The notes beneath the pieces are model-generated. The model searched no databases, was not told where the DNA came from, and saw nothing but the letters and a program-made list of their open reading frames with translations. This document shows positions 8,202 to 16,195 of a stretch of DNA of 33,289 nucleotides, piece by piece. Source of the stretch: Pseudomonadota bacterium (GTDB taxonomy: Bacteria > Chloroflexota > Ktedonobacteria > Ktedonobacterales > JACDGC01); the NCBI GenBank assembly GCA_021323815.1, contig JAJPKG010000422.1, forward strand, positions 1 through 33,289. Direction: 5' to 3'. A program made the translations under genes and the position numbers. Every line of letters begins with the position of its first letter. The stretch's first letter is position 1.

Positions 8202-9446
8202 ATGACACAACCAACGTCAAGTGATGCGAATCTTGCACAGGCACAGAACAAGGGTGAAGAAGCCCTGCCGTTGCCAGGATGGCTGACCAAAATCTATTAC
8301 ATCTTCCCCATCGTCCTGTACGTGCCGGACATGCTCTTTAACTATTACGTCTACAGCGACGGCGCGGGAATCGACTACAACAACCTCAACGTCTTGACGG
8401 TGTTTTACATCGTCCTGTGGGGTTTCCTGGCTGCCGGCATTGTTGGCATGGCCTGGTTGTGTTCTGTGCTGGCTCCGTGGCACTGGATCAAGGGCAATAA
8501 GTTCCAATCCGTGATGTGCTGGTTCGGCGTCATCATCGCCACCAGCATCACCACCTGGAATTCGCTGGCATATCGCTCGCAGAAGTTCGTGTCATTCAAA
8601 ACGGATAATTGGCTGACCACAACCAGCCATTCCAGCGGCTTCAGCCTGACGATGATCCTCGTTTCGGTTGCGCCGCCCTTCTGGGGTCTCTTCTGGGCCA
8701 TCGTCCAGCCCGCCGTCGGCAAGAAGTCGCTGGCCGAGGAGCAAGAGTCGCACGCGATGAAGATCGAGCGCATGAAGCAGGAAGCGGAATATAAGCGCCT
8801 GCGCGCCGAAGCGAATGCCCAGGTGCGCGCCGCCCAATTGAAAGGGTTGGCTGCCACTGCCCGCGCCGCACGCGCGCAGCTCACCGGCAAGCCGGAAGCG
8901 ACAGTGCAGGAAGAACAGCAGCCGGAAAACGTCATCGACGCGCCGCCCACCTCAGAGCGCATCGTGGCGCTGCCTTCCGCCAGCATTCGCCGCCTGAGCG
9001 AGCGCCGGGCAGGCTGGAACACCGAGGAAACAACCGAGAGCGGCGAGCACGCGATTGTCCAGGGAGCCGCCGCCAGCATGTCCTATTCCGTCAGCGCCGC
9101 CCCGCGCGACGAGGTCTTTGAAGCGCCCACCGGCGAGTTCAGCGCACGCCCCATGCAGGGGACCTTGCTGGGCAACACCGGTGTCAGCGGCGAGCACGAA
9201 GCCATCCGCCCCGGCATGCCCCGCGCCAGCACGCTGCTGCGCAACTATGCCGACGGCGAGCACGTCATGCGCGCTGTGGATGCCGACGTGGAACGCATGC
9301 GCGCTCAGGGCAAGAAAGTCACCATCAAATCCTTCGCCGAAGAGCGCGGCATCGAACTCAGCATGTCGAAGCAGCTTCTCGCCAAGTGGCGCGAATGGAA
9401 GGCCAATCAGGCGCAGCCCGCCCCCCGCGCCGAGATGGCCGAATAG
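8202..9446 (+). CDS. Hypothetical membrane protein: four N-terminal TM helices, a central charged coiled-coil and a soluble C-terminal region
   Basis: TM segments IYYIFPIVLYVP.., VFYIVLWGFLAAGIVGMAWL.., VMCWFGVIIATSITTW.., GFSLTMILVSVAPPFWGLFWAIV, followed by EEQESHAMKIERMKQEAEYKRLRAEANAQVRAAQLK. SD AAGGAGGA lies 11 nt upstream. I recognise no family. Confidence 0.6.
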   Translation: MTQPTSSDANLAQAQNKGEEALPLPGWLTKIYYIFPIVLYVPDMLFNYYVYSDGAGIDYNNLNVLTVFYIVLWGFLAAGIVGMAWLCSVLAPWHWIKGNKFQSVMCWFGVIIATSITTWNSLAYRSQKFVSFKTDNWLTTTSHSSGFSLTMILVSVAPPFWGLFWAIVQPAVGKKSLAEEQESHAMKIERMKQEAEYKRLRAEANAQVRAAQLKGLAATARAARAQLTGKPEATVQEEQQPENVIDAPPTSERIVALPSASIRRLSERRAGWNTEETTESGEHAIVQGAAASMSYSVSAAPRDEVFEAPTGEFSARPMQGTLLGNTGVSGEHEAIRPGMPRASTLLRNYADGEHVMRAVDADVERMRAQGKKVTIKSFAEERGIELSMSKQLLAKWREWKANQAQPAPRAEMAE

Positions 9447-9485
9447 CCGTCACGACACGCTTCGTCCCTTCTTGCCAGATACGAT

Positions 9486-9545
9486 CGCCGGGAGTTCAAC
9501 CTCCCGGCTCGGAACAGAAACCCCGCTTGGCTGTAAGCGGGTTTA
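9486..9545 (-). repeat. REP-A double-hairpin element, copy 2 (between convergent genes)
   Basis: CGCCGGGAGTTCAACCTCCCGGCTCGGAACAGAAACCCCGCTTGGCTG is nearly collinear with 23711-23759. Its second hairpin, CCCGCTT-GGCTGT-AAGCGGG followed by TTTA, can act as a terminator for the 8202-9446 gene. Confidence 0.75.
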
Positions 9546-10859
9546 TCCCTCCCGCTCGTCTTCCCCCTCCTCGTCCAATTCTTCCTCGAAAACATCTTCT
9601 TCGTCTTCAGGCGTGTAACTGACAGGGATGGCGATGCCGGCAACATGGGCGGTCATTTCTAGCGGGACGCCAGCGGGGGGCGGCTCACCGGCATCCAGTT
9701 GGGCTTTGAAGTGGGTGCAGAATTGGGCCAGGGCATCTAGAGCAAGCGCAAGGGCGCGAGCTTCACGCTCGTCAGGCTGGTGTGGCTGCTGGCCGGGCAA
9801 GGTGCGCGAGAAATTGGGGACGGCTTTCTTGGCCGGCGCGCGCACCCCGCGAGCGTCCATCCACGCTAGATAGGTCCGGTCCACCTCGGCGCGGTTGGCG
9901 TAAAAGCAGGTCAGCGCGTCTTGTGCCACATCCTCGAAGCTCGGCGCGGCATCTTCGCCCAACGCCGCGTCGATCATGCTTTGCAGCAGCGGCGGCGGGA
10001 TCATATCCACCGGCAAACCTTGCTCGCGCATCATCTGGATGATCTCATCATAGCGCGCTTGCTGGTCGCCCTCTGGCATGCTCTGGTTCAGCAACGCCTC
10101 ATAGCCGTCGGCGGCGTAAAAGAAGGTGACGCCGAACATCGACTCGTCATCGCTTATCACCGAAGCATACAGCACCGGCACTTCGGGCGCGGGGCCGTTC
10201 GCGCCGAGCGTGATCTCCACCGGCGGATATTCGAGCAACAGATCCCAGGGAGCACGCTTCCACAATTTCGCGGCGGCAGCATAGAGCATGGTGGCCGTCT
10301 CCTGCGGCAGATCCCAGGCAAACGGCGGGGGCGGCTCGCCGTTGGGACCGAACCCCAGCGATTCCAGCATCTCGCCTAGCAGTTCATCCATCTCCGGCAG
10401 ATCATCAGCGTTCTCGACTGTGACGTGATAGGGAGCGAAACGGGCGCTGAGCTTCACCGCCAGGGGTGGATCGGCCACGACGATCTTGCCGGGCAGCCCC
10501 GGTGGCACGTCTGGGCGCAGCATGGCGGCCATGTCGTCATCACCTGCGCCGGGTTTTTGCAAGCCTTCGATGAGGATGTCAATCGCCTCGCTCGCCCCAC
10601 CGTCTGCGCTGCGCTCCAACGGCACGATGCCGCTGCCATAGACCGTGTGGCTTGCCATATCTGCCCAAAAGACAACTTGCGCGTGAACAGGGTTGCCCTG
10701 CTCGTCCTCCAGCATTGCTTGCAGGGTGCGCCGCCCGCCCGTGATGGTGAGGTTGCTCTGGCGCGGCTGTTGCGCCAGGAGCACCAGCGGATCGCGTGGC
10801 TTCTTTGGACGCGACGCAGCGGATTTCGCTGGCCGTTTCGGCGGTGGTTTGCGTGGCAT
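9543..10859 (-). CDS. Hypothetical protein with a basic N-terminus and a strongly acidic C-terminal tail
   Basis: 438-aa ORF with coding-like composition. N-terminus MPRKPPPKRPAKSAASRPKKPRD; C-terminus PEDEEDVFEEELDEEGEDEREG. No catalytic motif recognised. Confidence 0.6.
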   Translation of the reverse strand: MPRKPPPKRPAKSAASRPKKPRDPLVLLAQQPRQSNLTITGGRRTLQAMLEDEQGNPVHAQVVFWADMASHTVYGSGIVPLERSADGGASEAIDILIEGLQKPGAGDDDMAAMLRPDVPPGLPGKIVVADPPLAVKLSARFAPYHVTVENADDLPEMDELLGEMLESLGFGPNGEPPPPFAWDLPQETATMLYAAAAKLWKRAPWDLLLEYPPVEITLGANGPAPEVPVLYASVISDDESMFGVTFFYAADGYEALLNQSMPEGDQQARYDEIIQMMREQGLPVDMIPPPLLQSMIDAALGEDAAPSFEDVAQDALTCFYANRAEVDRTYLAWMDARGVRAPAKKAVPNFSRTLPGQQPHQPDEREARALALALDALAQFCTHFKAQLDAGEPPPAGVPLEMTAHVAGIAIPVSYTPEDEEDVFEEELDEEGEDEREG

Positions 10860-10988
10860 GTGTGGCCTTCCTATCTGTGTGGCGCGTGAATGACGTCATT
10901 TCGTGGCGGCATGTGTTGCGCGTAGTATACGATCACTCTGGCAAGCGCGATGCCGAGGATCAGCGTGAAATGGTGGAAAGGTAGCAGT

Positions 10989-11300
10989 ATGTCCAGTAAT
11001 TATAGCGATTTCCGGCGCGACCTCGACGCCGTGCTGGTCGAGCGCGATCCACGCAAGCTACGCGCGTTCCTCATCGAACGCGGCCAGTGGCCCGCCGACA
11101 CGACGATGGACCCTGAAACAGCGATGTGGATGATGATTGCCGCCAGCCCCAATCTGAAATCCTTGCACGCCGAGGCACGGGCATGGCTGGCGCAACACGG
11201 GCGCGCAGGCGAGGCCGACGCCATCACCGGGCGTGGCGGATCTCCGCCGGCAGCACACGGCAGATCGGGCACAAAGGGGCGGCGACCGCGCGAGCGTTGA
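10989..11300 (+). CDS. Small hypothetical protein (103 aa)
   Basis: ATG 10989 is preceded by GAAAGG and the gene is divergent from the 9543-10859 gene. The body is predicted helical and the tail is basic. No recognisable family. Confidence 0.4.
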   Translation: MSSNYSDFRRDLDAVLVERDPRKLRAFLIERGQWPADTTMDPETAMWMMIAASPNLKSLHAEARAWLAQHGRAGEADAITGRGGSPPAAHGRSGTKGRRPRER

Positions 11301-11326
11301 GCCACATGGAAGACCATCAGACATAG

Positions 11327-11373
11327 CCGCGAAAGGGGTTCTTTCCCGCGCCAGGGGGTTTAGCCTCTGGCGG
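11327..11373 (+). repeat. REP-A double-hairpin element, copy 3
   Basis: GCCGCGAAAGGGGTTCTTTCCCGCGCCAGGGGGTTTAGCCTCTGGCGG aligns with the reverse complement of 26050-26101 (AGGGGTTCGCGTTTCCGCGCCGGGAGCTAAACCTCCCAGCGCGG). Confidence 0.65.
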
Positions 11374-11484
11374 TCCAGCAGCAGTCATTTTCATCCATGT
11401 GTTATCCTCATCATAGCCGCCATCCTGTCCGCCTCGCTATAATTCCAGAGGAACTTGACATGATAGCGAGGGAAGAGAGCGGCG

Positions 11485-14340
11485 ATGCGGAGGGGATTTT
11501 ATTGGCGTTACGCGGCGAGATCGCTGAGGCGCGGCGGGCAGCGCACCGTGCTGGGGGCATTTTGCATCGCGGTGGGCGTGATGGCGATTGTGGCGCTGCA
11601 ACTGGTGGGCTTAAGCATCAACCAGGCGCTCACCGGCAACATCGTGGAAGCCAATGGGGGCGATCTGCGCCTTGACACCATCCTGCTGCCGCTGCACCAG
11701 AGCGATCTGGCGATCTTCGACCGCTATAAACAAACGGGCCGCATCGATGACTATGCCACCACCTATGAGACGCCCTCGCTGATCGTCCTTCCTGATGGGC
11801 GCGTCGTCCCGTTCGATCTCGTCGTCGCCTCGGCGAATTTCCCTCTGGCCGGCCAGGCAGATTTCACCGCGCCGCGCCACGACCTGCGCATTCAAGATGT
11901 GGTGCGGGGCAGCAGCATTGCCGTGAACAGCTACGTGGCAGATGAGCTTGGTGGACATCTGGGCGACAGCTATCAGATCAAGACCGGCGACGGGCAGGTG
12001 GTGACGGCGACCGTCGCGGCGATCTTTCAGGATGGCGGCGCGTTTCATGGCCCGCAGGTGATCCTCAGCCGCGCGGCGCTGGCGAATGTGCCGGTGGCCG
12101 GGGGCAAGGTCCCGCCCGCGCAATACACCACCGTCATGCTCACCGCGCCCCAGGCGAACCTGAACGGCTTGCGCGATGAACTGCGCCAGCGCTTCCCCAC
12201 CGCCACCGTCGTCACCGCGCAAGACGAACTGAACCTGCGGCGGCATGATGTCGAATCGATCCAGTTGTTCCTGCGCATCGTGGGCCTGCTGGCCCTCTTC
12301 ATCGGCGGGGTGGGCATCATCAATACGATGCAGGTGCTGCTGCGCCGTCGCCGGGTGGAGATCGCCATGCTCAAGGCGGCGGGCTATGTGCAGCGCGATC
12401 TCTATCTGCTCTTTGGGCTGGAAGCCGCGCTGCTGGGCGCGCTGGGCAGCATCCTCGGCACGCTGCTGGGCATCGGCGCGGCCTATGCCGTGCGCTCGGT
12501 GGTGGAGCAAGCCTTCTTCCTGCATCTCACCATCCCGCTGGACCCAGTGACGCTGGCCGCCGCGCCGGTTGTCGGCATCATCACCGCCTTGATCTTCGGG
12601 CTGTTGCCCATCGTGCAGGCCAGCCGCGTGCGCCCGCTGGCCGTGCTGCGCGACGATGCCGCCGGAGCCGGCACCGCATGGCCCCTCACCGCCGCGCTGC
12701 TGGGATTGCTCTCGCTGCTGTTCGTTGCATTGTCGGGGGCGATTCTGGGCGATCTGGCGACGGCGACGATGGTGGTCTATGCCGGGGTGAGCGTGATTGC
12801 CCTGCTGGCGCTGGGCTTCGGCGCGCTGGTGGCATTGATTGCGCGCCTGCCGGTCTATGATCGTCCGCGCTGGGGCATGCTGGGATGGCTGCTGCCCGCG
12901 CTGATCGTCGCAACGATGCTGAGCGCAGCCCTGGTCTTCGTGGCACGCCGCCTCACCGGCAGCAACGTTGCCGCCCTGGCACTTTCCGGCGCGATTCCTT
13001 TGCCGGTGAAGGCGCAACTGGGCGCGGCGGGGATTCTGCTGGCGCTGAGTGGCGGCGCGCTGGTCTTTCTGCTGGCCGTGCTGGGCGACAGCGCCATCAT
13101 GTTCATGCCCCGCGCGTGGAAGACCGCCGTGATGTTGGCTTATCGCAACATGGGTCGCCAGCGGGCGCGCACCACCGCTACGCTCACCGCGCTCTTCGTC
13201 GGCGTCTTCGCCATCGGCATGGTGGTGATCCTGGGCAAAGGCATCCAGGCGACCATTGACACGACACTGAACACGCTCTTCGCGCATAATCTGTTCGTGG
13301 TGGTGCCGCCACAGCAAGACGCTCAGGTGCGCAACGCGCTGGCTGGCGCGCCGGGGATTGATCCCAGCCGCACCATCGTTGCCACTGTGGCGCGGGTGCA
13401 GCCGGTGGAAGTGGGCGGGCGCGACATCGCCACCGTGCTGGCCCAGGCAGGCGCAGGCGGCGGCAGCGATTCAGGCATTGCGCGGGGCAACGCGATCTTG
13501 CTAGTGCTGAGCCTCGCCGAAGGCTATCACGTCGGCAGCGGCAATCCGAACGATATCCCCGCCGTCAGCATCGACTATGGCCGCAATCTGCAAGCCTCGG
13601 ATGCCTGCACGGGCAACATCGTCGTCAACGATCTGCTGCGCCGCCCGCCGCTCTCGCTGAACATGGGCGACACCATCGTGGAGCGCAATCCCCTGGGCAA
13701 GATGCAACGCGCGCTCACCATCGTCGGCTTCTATAGCCGCGCGCAGACAACCGATTTCGTGCCGGGTGAGGTGCTGGGCGACGTGTCAGCCATTGCGCCG
13801 CTCGGCACCGGGCTGGAGCGCGACATCTTCTTGTTGCGCGCCGACCCCAACCAGATCCCCGCACTGCGCGAGCAATTGGACCGGCAACTCCCCTCGGCGC
13901 AGATCGTCAGCGTCACCGATCTCAATCAGATCATCGACCGCGTGCTGAACAATCTGATCATCATGCTCTCGGCCATCGCGTCGTTAGCATTGATCGCCGG
14001 GCTGATCATCATCGCCAACACCGTCGCTCTGGCAATGGTGGAACGTCGCCGCGAGATCGGCATTCTGAAATCCGTCGGTCACACCAGCCGCTCTGTGCTG
14101 GCGATGGTGTTGATCGAAAACGGCCTGGTGGGTTTGCTGGGGTCGCTGGTGGCGCTGCTGCTGGTGCTGGGCGTCATCGTGGCGTTGAGCCTGCTGGTGT
14201 TTCGCGTCACCATCCTCATCAGCCCCGTGCTGGCCGGCGGCATCATCGGCCTGACCGTGCTGGTGACGATGCTCATCGCCGCGCTCGTCGCCTGGGGCGC
14301 GACCCGCGTCCGCCCGCTCGATGTGCTGCGCTATGAGTGA
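11485..14340 (+). CDS. Double FtsX-domain ABC-transporter permease (YbbP/MacB-like, 951 aa)
   Basis: Two repeats of the FtsX architecture (TM helix, large extracytoplasmic domain, three TM helices). N-terminus YAARSLRRGGQRTVLGAFCIAVGVMAIV. C-terminal module ERRREIGILKSVGHTSRSVLAMVLIENGLVG...RVRPLDVLRYE. Confidence 0.85.
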   Translation: MRRGFYWRYAARSLRRGGQRTVLGAFCIAVGVMAIVALQLVGLSINQALTGNIVEANGGDLRLDTILLPLHQSDLAIFDRYKQTGRIDDYATTYETPSLIVLPDGRVVPFDLVVASANFPLAGQADFTAPRHDLRIQDVVRGSSIAVNSYVADELGGHLGDSYQIKTGDGQVVTATVAAIFQDGGAFHGPQVILSRAALANVPVAGGKVPPAQYTTVMLTAPQANLNGLRDELRQRFPTATVVTAQDELNLRRHDVESIQLFLRIVGLLALFIGGVGIINTMQVLLRRRRVEIAMLKAAGYVQRDLYLLFGLEAALLGALGSILGTLLGIGAAYAVRSVVEQAFFLHLTIPLDPVTLAAAPVVGIITALIFGLLPIVQASRVRPLAVLRDDAAGAGTAWPLTAALLGLLSLLFVALSGAILGDLATATMVVYAGVSVIALLALGFGALVALIARLPVYDRPRWGMLGWLLPALIVATMLSAALVFVARRLTGSNVAALALSGAIPLPVKAQLGAAGILLALSGGALVFLLAVLGDSAIMFMPRAWKTAVMLAYRNMGRQRARTTATLTALFVGVFAIGMVVILGKGIQATIDTTLNTLFAHNLFVVVPPQQDAQVRNALAGAPGIDPSRTIVATVARVQPVEVGGRDIATVLAQAGAGGGSDSGIARGNAILLVLSLAEGYHVGSGNPNDIPAVSIDYGRNLQASDACTGNIVVNDLLRRPPLSLNMGDTIVERNPLGKMQRALTIVGFYSRAQTTDFVPGEVLGDVSAIAPLGTGLERDIFLLRADPNQIPALREQLDRQLPSAQIVSVTDLNQIIDRVLNNLIIMLSAIASLALIAGLIIIANTVALAMVERRREIGILKSVGHTSRSVLAMVLIENGLVGLLGSLVALLLVLGVIVALSLLVFRVTILISPVLAGGIIGLTVLVTMLIAALVAWGATRVRPLDVLRYE

Positions 14341-14469
14341 AAAGGACGAGACGCGAAGGACGCGAAGAGTTTTGAAGCGACGCAAAGATTCTTTTCAAAG
14401 ATCTTTATTGAGGGGAGATCGACAATACTACATCTTTCCCTCGTCTATCTTCGCGTCTCGTTCTTTTTC
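14341..14469 (+). repeat. E-family long-hairpin element, copy E1 (full)
   Basis: Left arm AAAGGACGAGACGCGAAGGACGCGAAGAG; the reverse complement of the right arm reads AAAAAGAACGAGACGCGAAGAT. The element starts directly at the stop codon of the FtsX gene. GAAG/AAAG motifs end at 14358, 14367, 14377 and 14387 (spacing 9, 10, 10). Confidence 0.8.
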
Positions 14470-14526
14470 TGGTATGGCCCGGCATGTGCTTTATGGATTG
14501 TGATTGCCCCTGCAGGGCGGCGATGT

Positions 14527-15159
14527 ATGCTGAAAAAGAGACCAGGGAAAGCGAGTCCATCCCCGATGCTGAACGAGTTGACCTGCCAGTTGGATCATGC
14601 TGTCCTGTTGCGCTTGCTGGCGGAACACGATGCCGCCACCTATGCCCATTCCTGTGCCGTGCGCGAACTGGTGCACCAGCTTGCGATGGAGATGCAGCTG
14701 GACGCAGCGACAAGGATGTTGGCGAGCCGGGCGGCGTTGCTGCACGACATCGGCAAACTCGGCATCGCGCGGCGGATCTTGCAGAAGCCGGGCAGGCTCA
14801 CCCACAGCGAGCACCTGGCGATGCGGCGGCATCCGGTGCTGAGCGCGGAGATCGTGGCGACGCTACCCACGCTGCGACACCTAACCCCGGCGGTGCGCCA
14901 CCACCACGAACGCTGGGACGGCGCGGGATATCCCGACAAGCTTGCGGGCGAGCGTATTCCCTTGCCCGCGCGCCTCATCGCCGTCGCGGATGCGTATCAC
15001 GTCATGACCGCCGGCAGGGCATATCAATCATGCCGCGCTGTGTCGCACGCACTGGCAGAGTTGCGTCGCTGCGCCGCCACGCAGTTCGATCCCACCGTCG
15101 TCCGCGCCTTCTGCCAAATGATGCAGCAGACGCAGGGTGAAATGGAGCGCGCGGCGTAG
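14527..15159 (+). CDS. HD-GYP domain protein (probable c-di-GMP phosphodiesterase), stand-alone
   Basis: AHSCAVRELV, ALLHDIGKLGI and HHERWDGAGYPDKLAGERIPLPARLIAVADAYHVMT are the HD and HHExxDGxGYP signatures. Alternative GTG start at 14500. Confidence 0.85.
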   Translation: MLKKRPGKASPSPMLNELTCQLDHAVLLRLLAEHDAATYAHSCAVRELVHQLAMEMQLDAATRMLASRAALLHDIGKLGIARRILQKPGRLTHSEHLAMRRHPVLSAEIVATLPTLRHLTPAVRHHHERWDGAGYPDKLAGERIPLPARLIAVADAYHVMTAGRAYQSCRAVSHALAELRRCAATQFDPTVVRAFCQMMQQTQGEMERAA

Positions 15160-15168
15160 TGTAAAGTA

Positions 15169-16005
15169 TCAGTCGTCGCGAATGTCATGCAAGGGTAAGC
15201 CTGTGCGTTCCAGCACATAGGCCAAAACAGCGTCTATCTGCTGGTTATAGGCTTCTGTTGGCAGCGGCGGAAGGTAACCGAACCGTTGTGCGAAGCCCTT
15301 TGGGGGAAGTCGCCACCATGAAACCACGATAAATGTGCGATTGTCAGTGACTTCAAACTCAACAGGTAGCGTATGGGTACGTGGTCCGGCAAGCGCAACT
15401 GTGCGAACATTCTGCCATTTCATTTTGGAAAGGATGCCCAGTGGTGTTTTCTGAGAAATGCCTTCGTCGTTGACGATCAATCCCATAGGGCCAAATGCTA
15501 GAAGAGCAGGGATAATGACACTGGATCCAGCTACAACAGCACCTATAATTGTTAGCAAGGGCGCGCCACCAAGAATCTCTAGCACTAATAATCCTAAGCA
15601 CAAGATTGCGAGCAGGCTTGTAAAGATTTTGAACCAGAGCCGTGCGCGCAGCCGAACAGTCAATGGTAATGTGAGCATAGGCTGCGTCACTGGTGACTGG
15701 GTCAGGAATTCAATTGCTGAGTCTTCTATAATGCGTTGGCGTTTTGCTTCACGTTGCTCCAGGACAATGGCCTTGCGCAGCATGAATCGTCCTAAGAACA
15801 GGATTATCAGACTTAGTCCCACGAAAAAACTGATGGAGCTGACAAAGATCACAACGTCCTTTGCTGCCCAAAGAGCAGGTATAACAAAAGGCAAAAGCAG
15901 CATGGGGATAATCGTAATGAGCATCACTACGCCAAGTGCAATTATCATATATGCTGTCATCTTCTTTGACGGCGTTTGGTTCAGTAGCGGTGATGGCTTC
16001 GTCAT
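15169..16005 (-). CDS. Hypothetical polytopic membrane protein with a soluble C-terminal domain, in an AT-richer island
   Basis: ATG 16005 is preceded by AAGAGG (6-nt spacer). Two pairs of TM helices are separated by the charged linker LEQREAKRQRIIED. Composition is clearly AT-richer than the neighbouring DNA. Confidence 0.6.
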   Translation of the reverse strand: MTKPSPLLNQTPSKKMTAYMIIALGVVMLITIIPMLLLPFVIPALWAAKDVVIFVSSISFFVGLSLIILFLGRFMLRKAIVLEQREAKRQRIIEDSAIEFLTQSPVTQPMLTLPLTVRLRARLWFKIFTSLLAILCLGLLVLEILGGAPLLTIIGAVVAGSSVIIPALLAFGPMGLIVNDEGISQKTPLGILSKMKWQNVRTVALAGPRTHTLPVEFEVTDNRTFIVVSWWRLPPKGFAQRFGYLPPLPTEAYNQQIDAVLAYVLERTGLPLHDIRDD

Positions 16006-16146
16006 AGGGCACCTCTTGGTAGCAGGGACAATTGAATTATTGTTAGAGAAGTTGCATGCCCACATTATCTACCAGCCATCAAGGGCAGTGCTTATTCATC
16101 CCGTATGCAAAGCATCGACAAACCTTAGCACAACCGCTTCTGCATT

Positions 16147-16155
16147 TGCTATAAT
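16147..16155 (+). promoter_or_regulatory. Candidate extended -10 promoter element (TGCTATAAT) for the desaturase gene
   Basis: TGnTATAAT match about 40 nt upstream of ATG 16196. No convincing -35 element. Confidence 0.3.
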
Positions 16156-16195
16156 CTCGAATGGACGATAGCATCAAGATAAAGATAAAAGAGGA

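Noticed and set aside
10890-10901. Perfect 12-bp palindrome AATGACGTCATT (CRE-like TGACGTCA core) in the divergent promoter region between 9543-10859 and 10989-11300.
   Set aside because: Several perfect 12-bp palindromes are expected by chance in 33 kb. There is no second copy and no cognate regulator gene nearby. It may be an operator but that is not supportable from sequence alone.
14341-14390. Possible CRISPR-like array, because of regularly spaced CGAAG repeats.
   Set aside because: The period is only 9-10 nt with 4 units. The arrays are mirrored by a complementary arm (a hairpin element), there are no 25-40 nt repeat/spacer units, and no cas genes.
14321-14503. Short ORFs containing KDETRRTRR-like peptides (also 17500-17880 minus, 21180-21536, 30342-30677).
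   Set aside because: The shared peptide is simply the translation of the E-family repeat arm (GACGAGACGCGAAGGACGCGAAG). The flanking parts are unrelated, so these are not a protein family.
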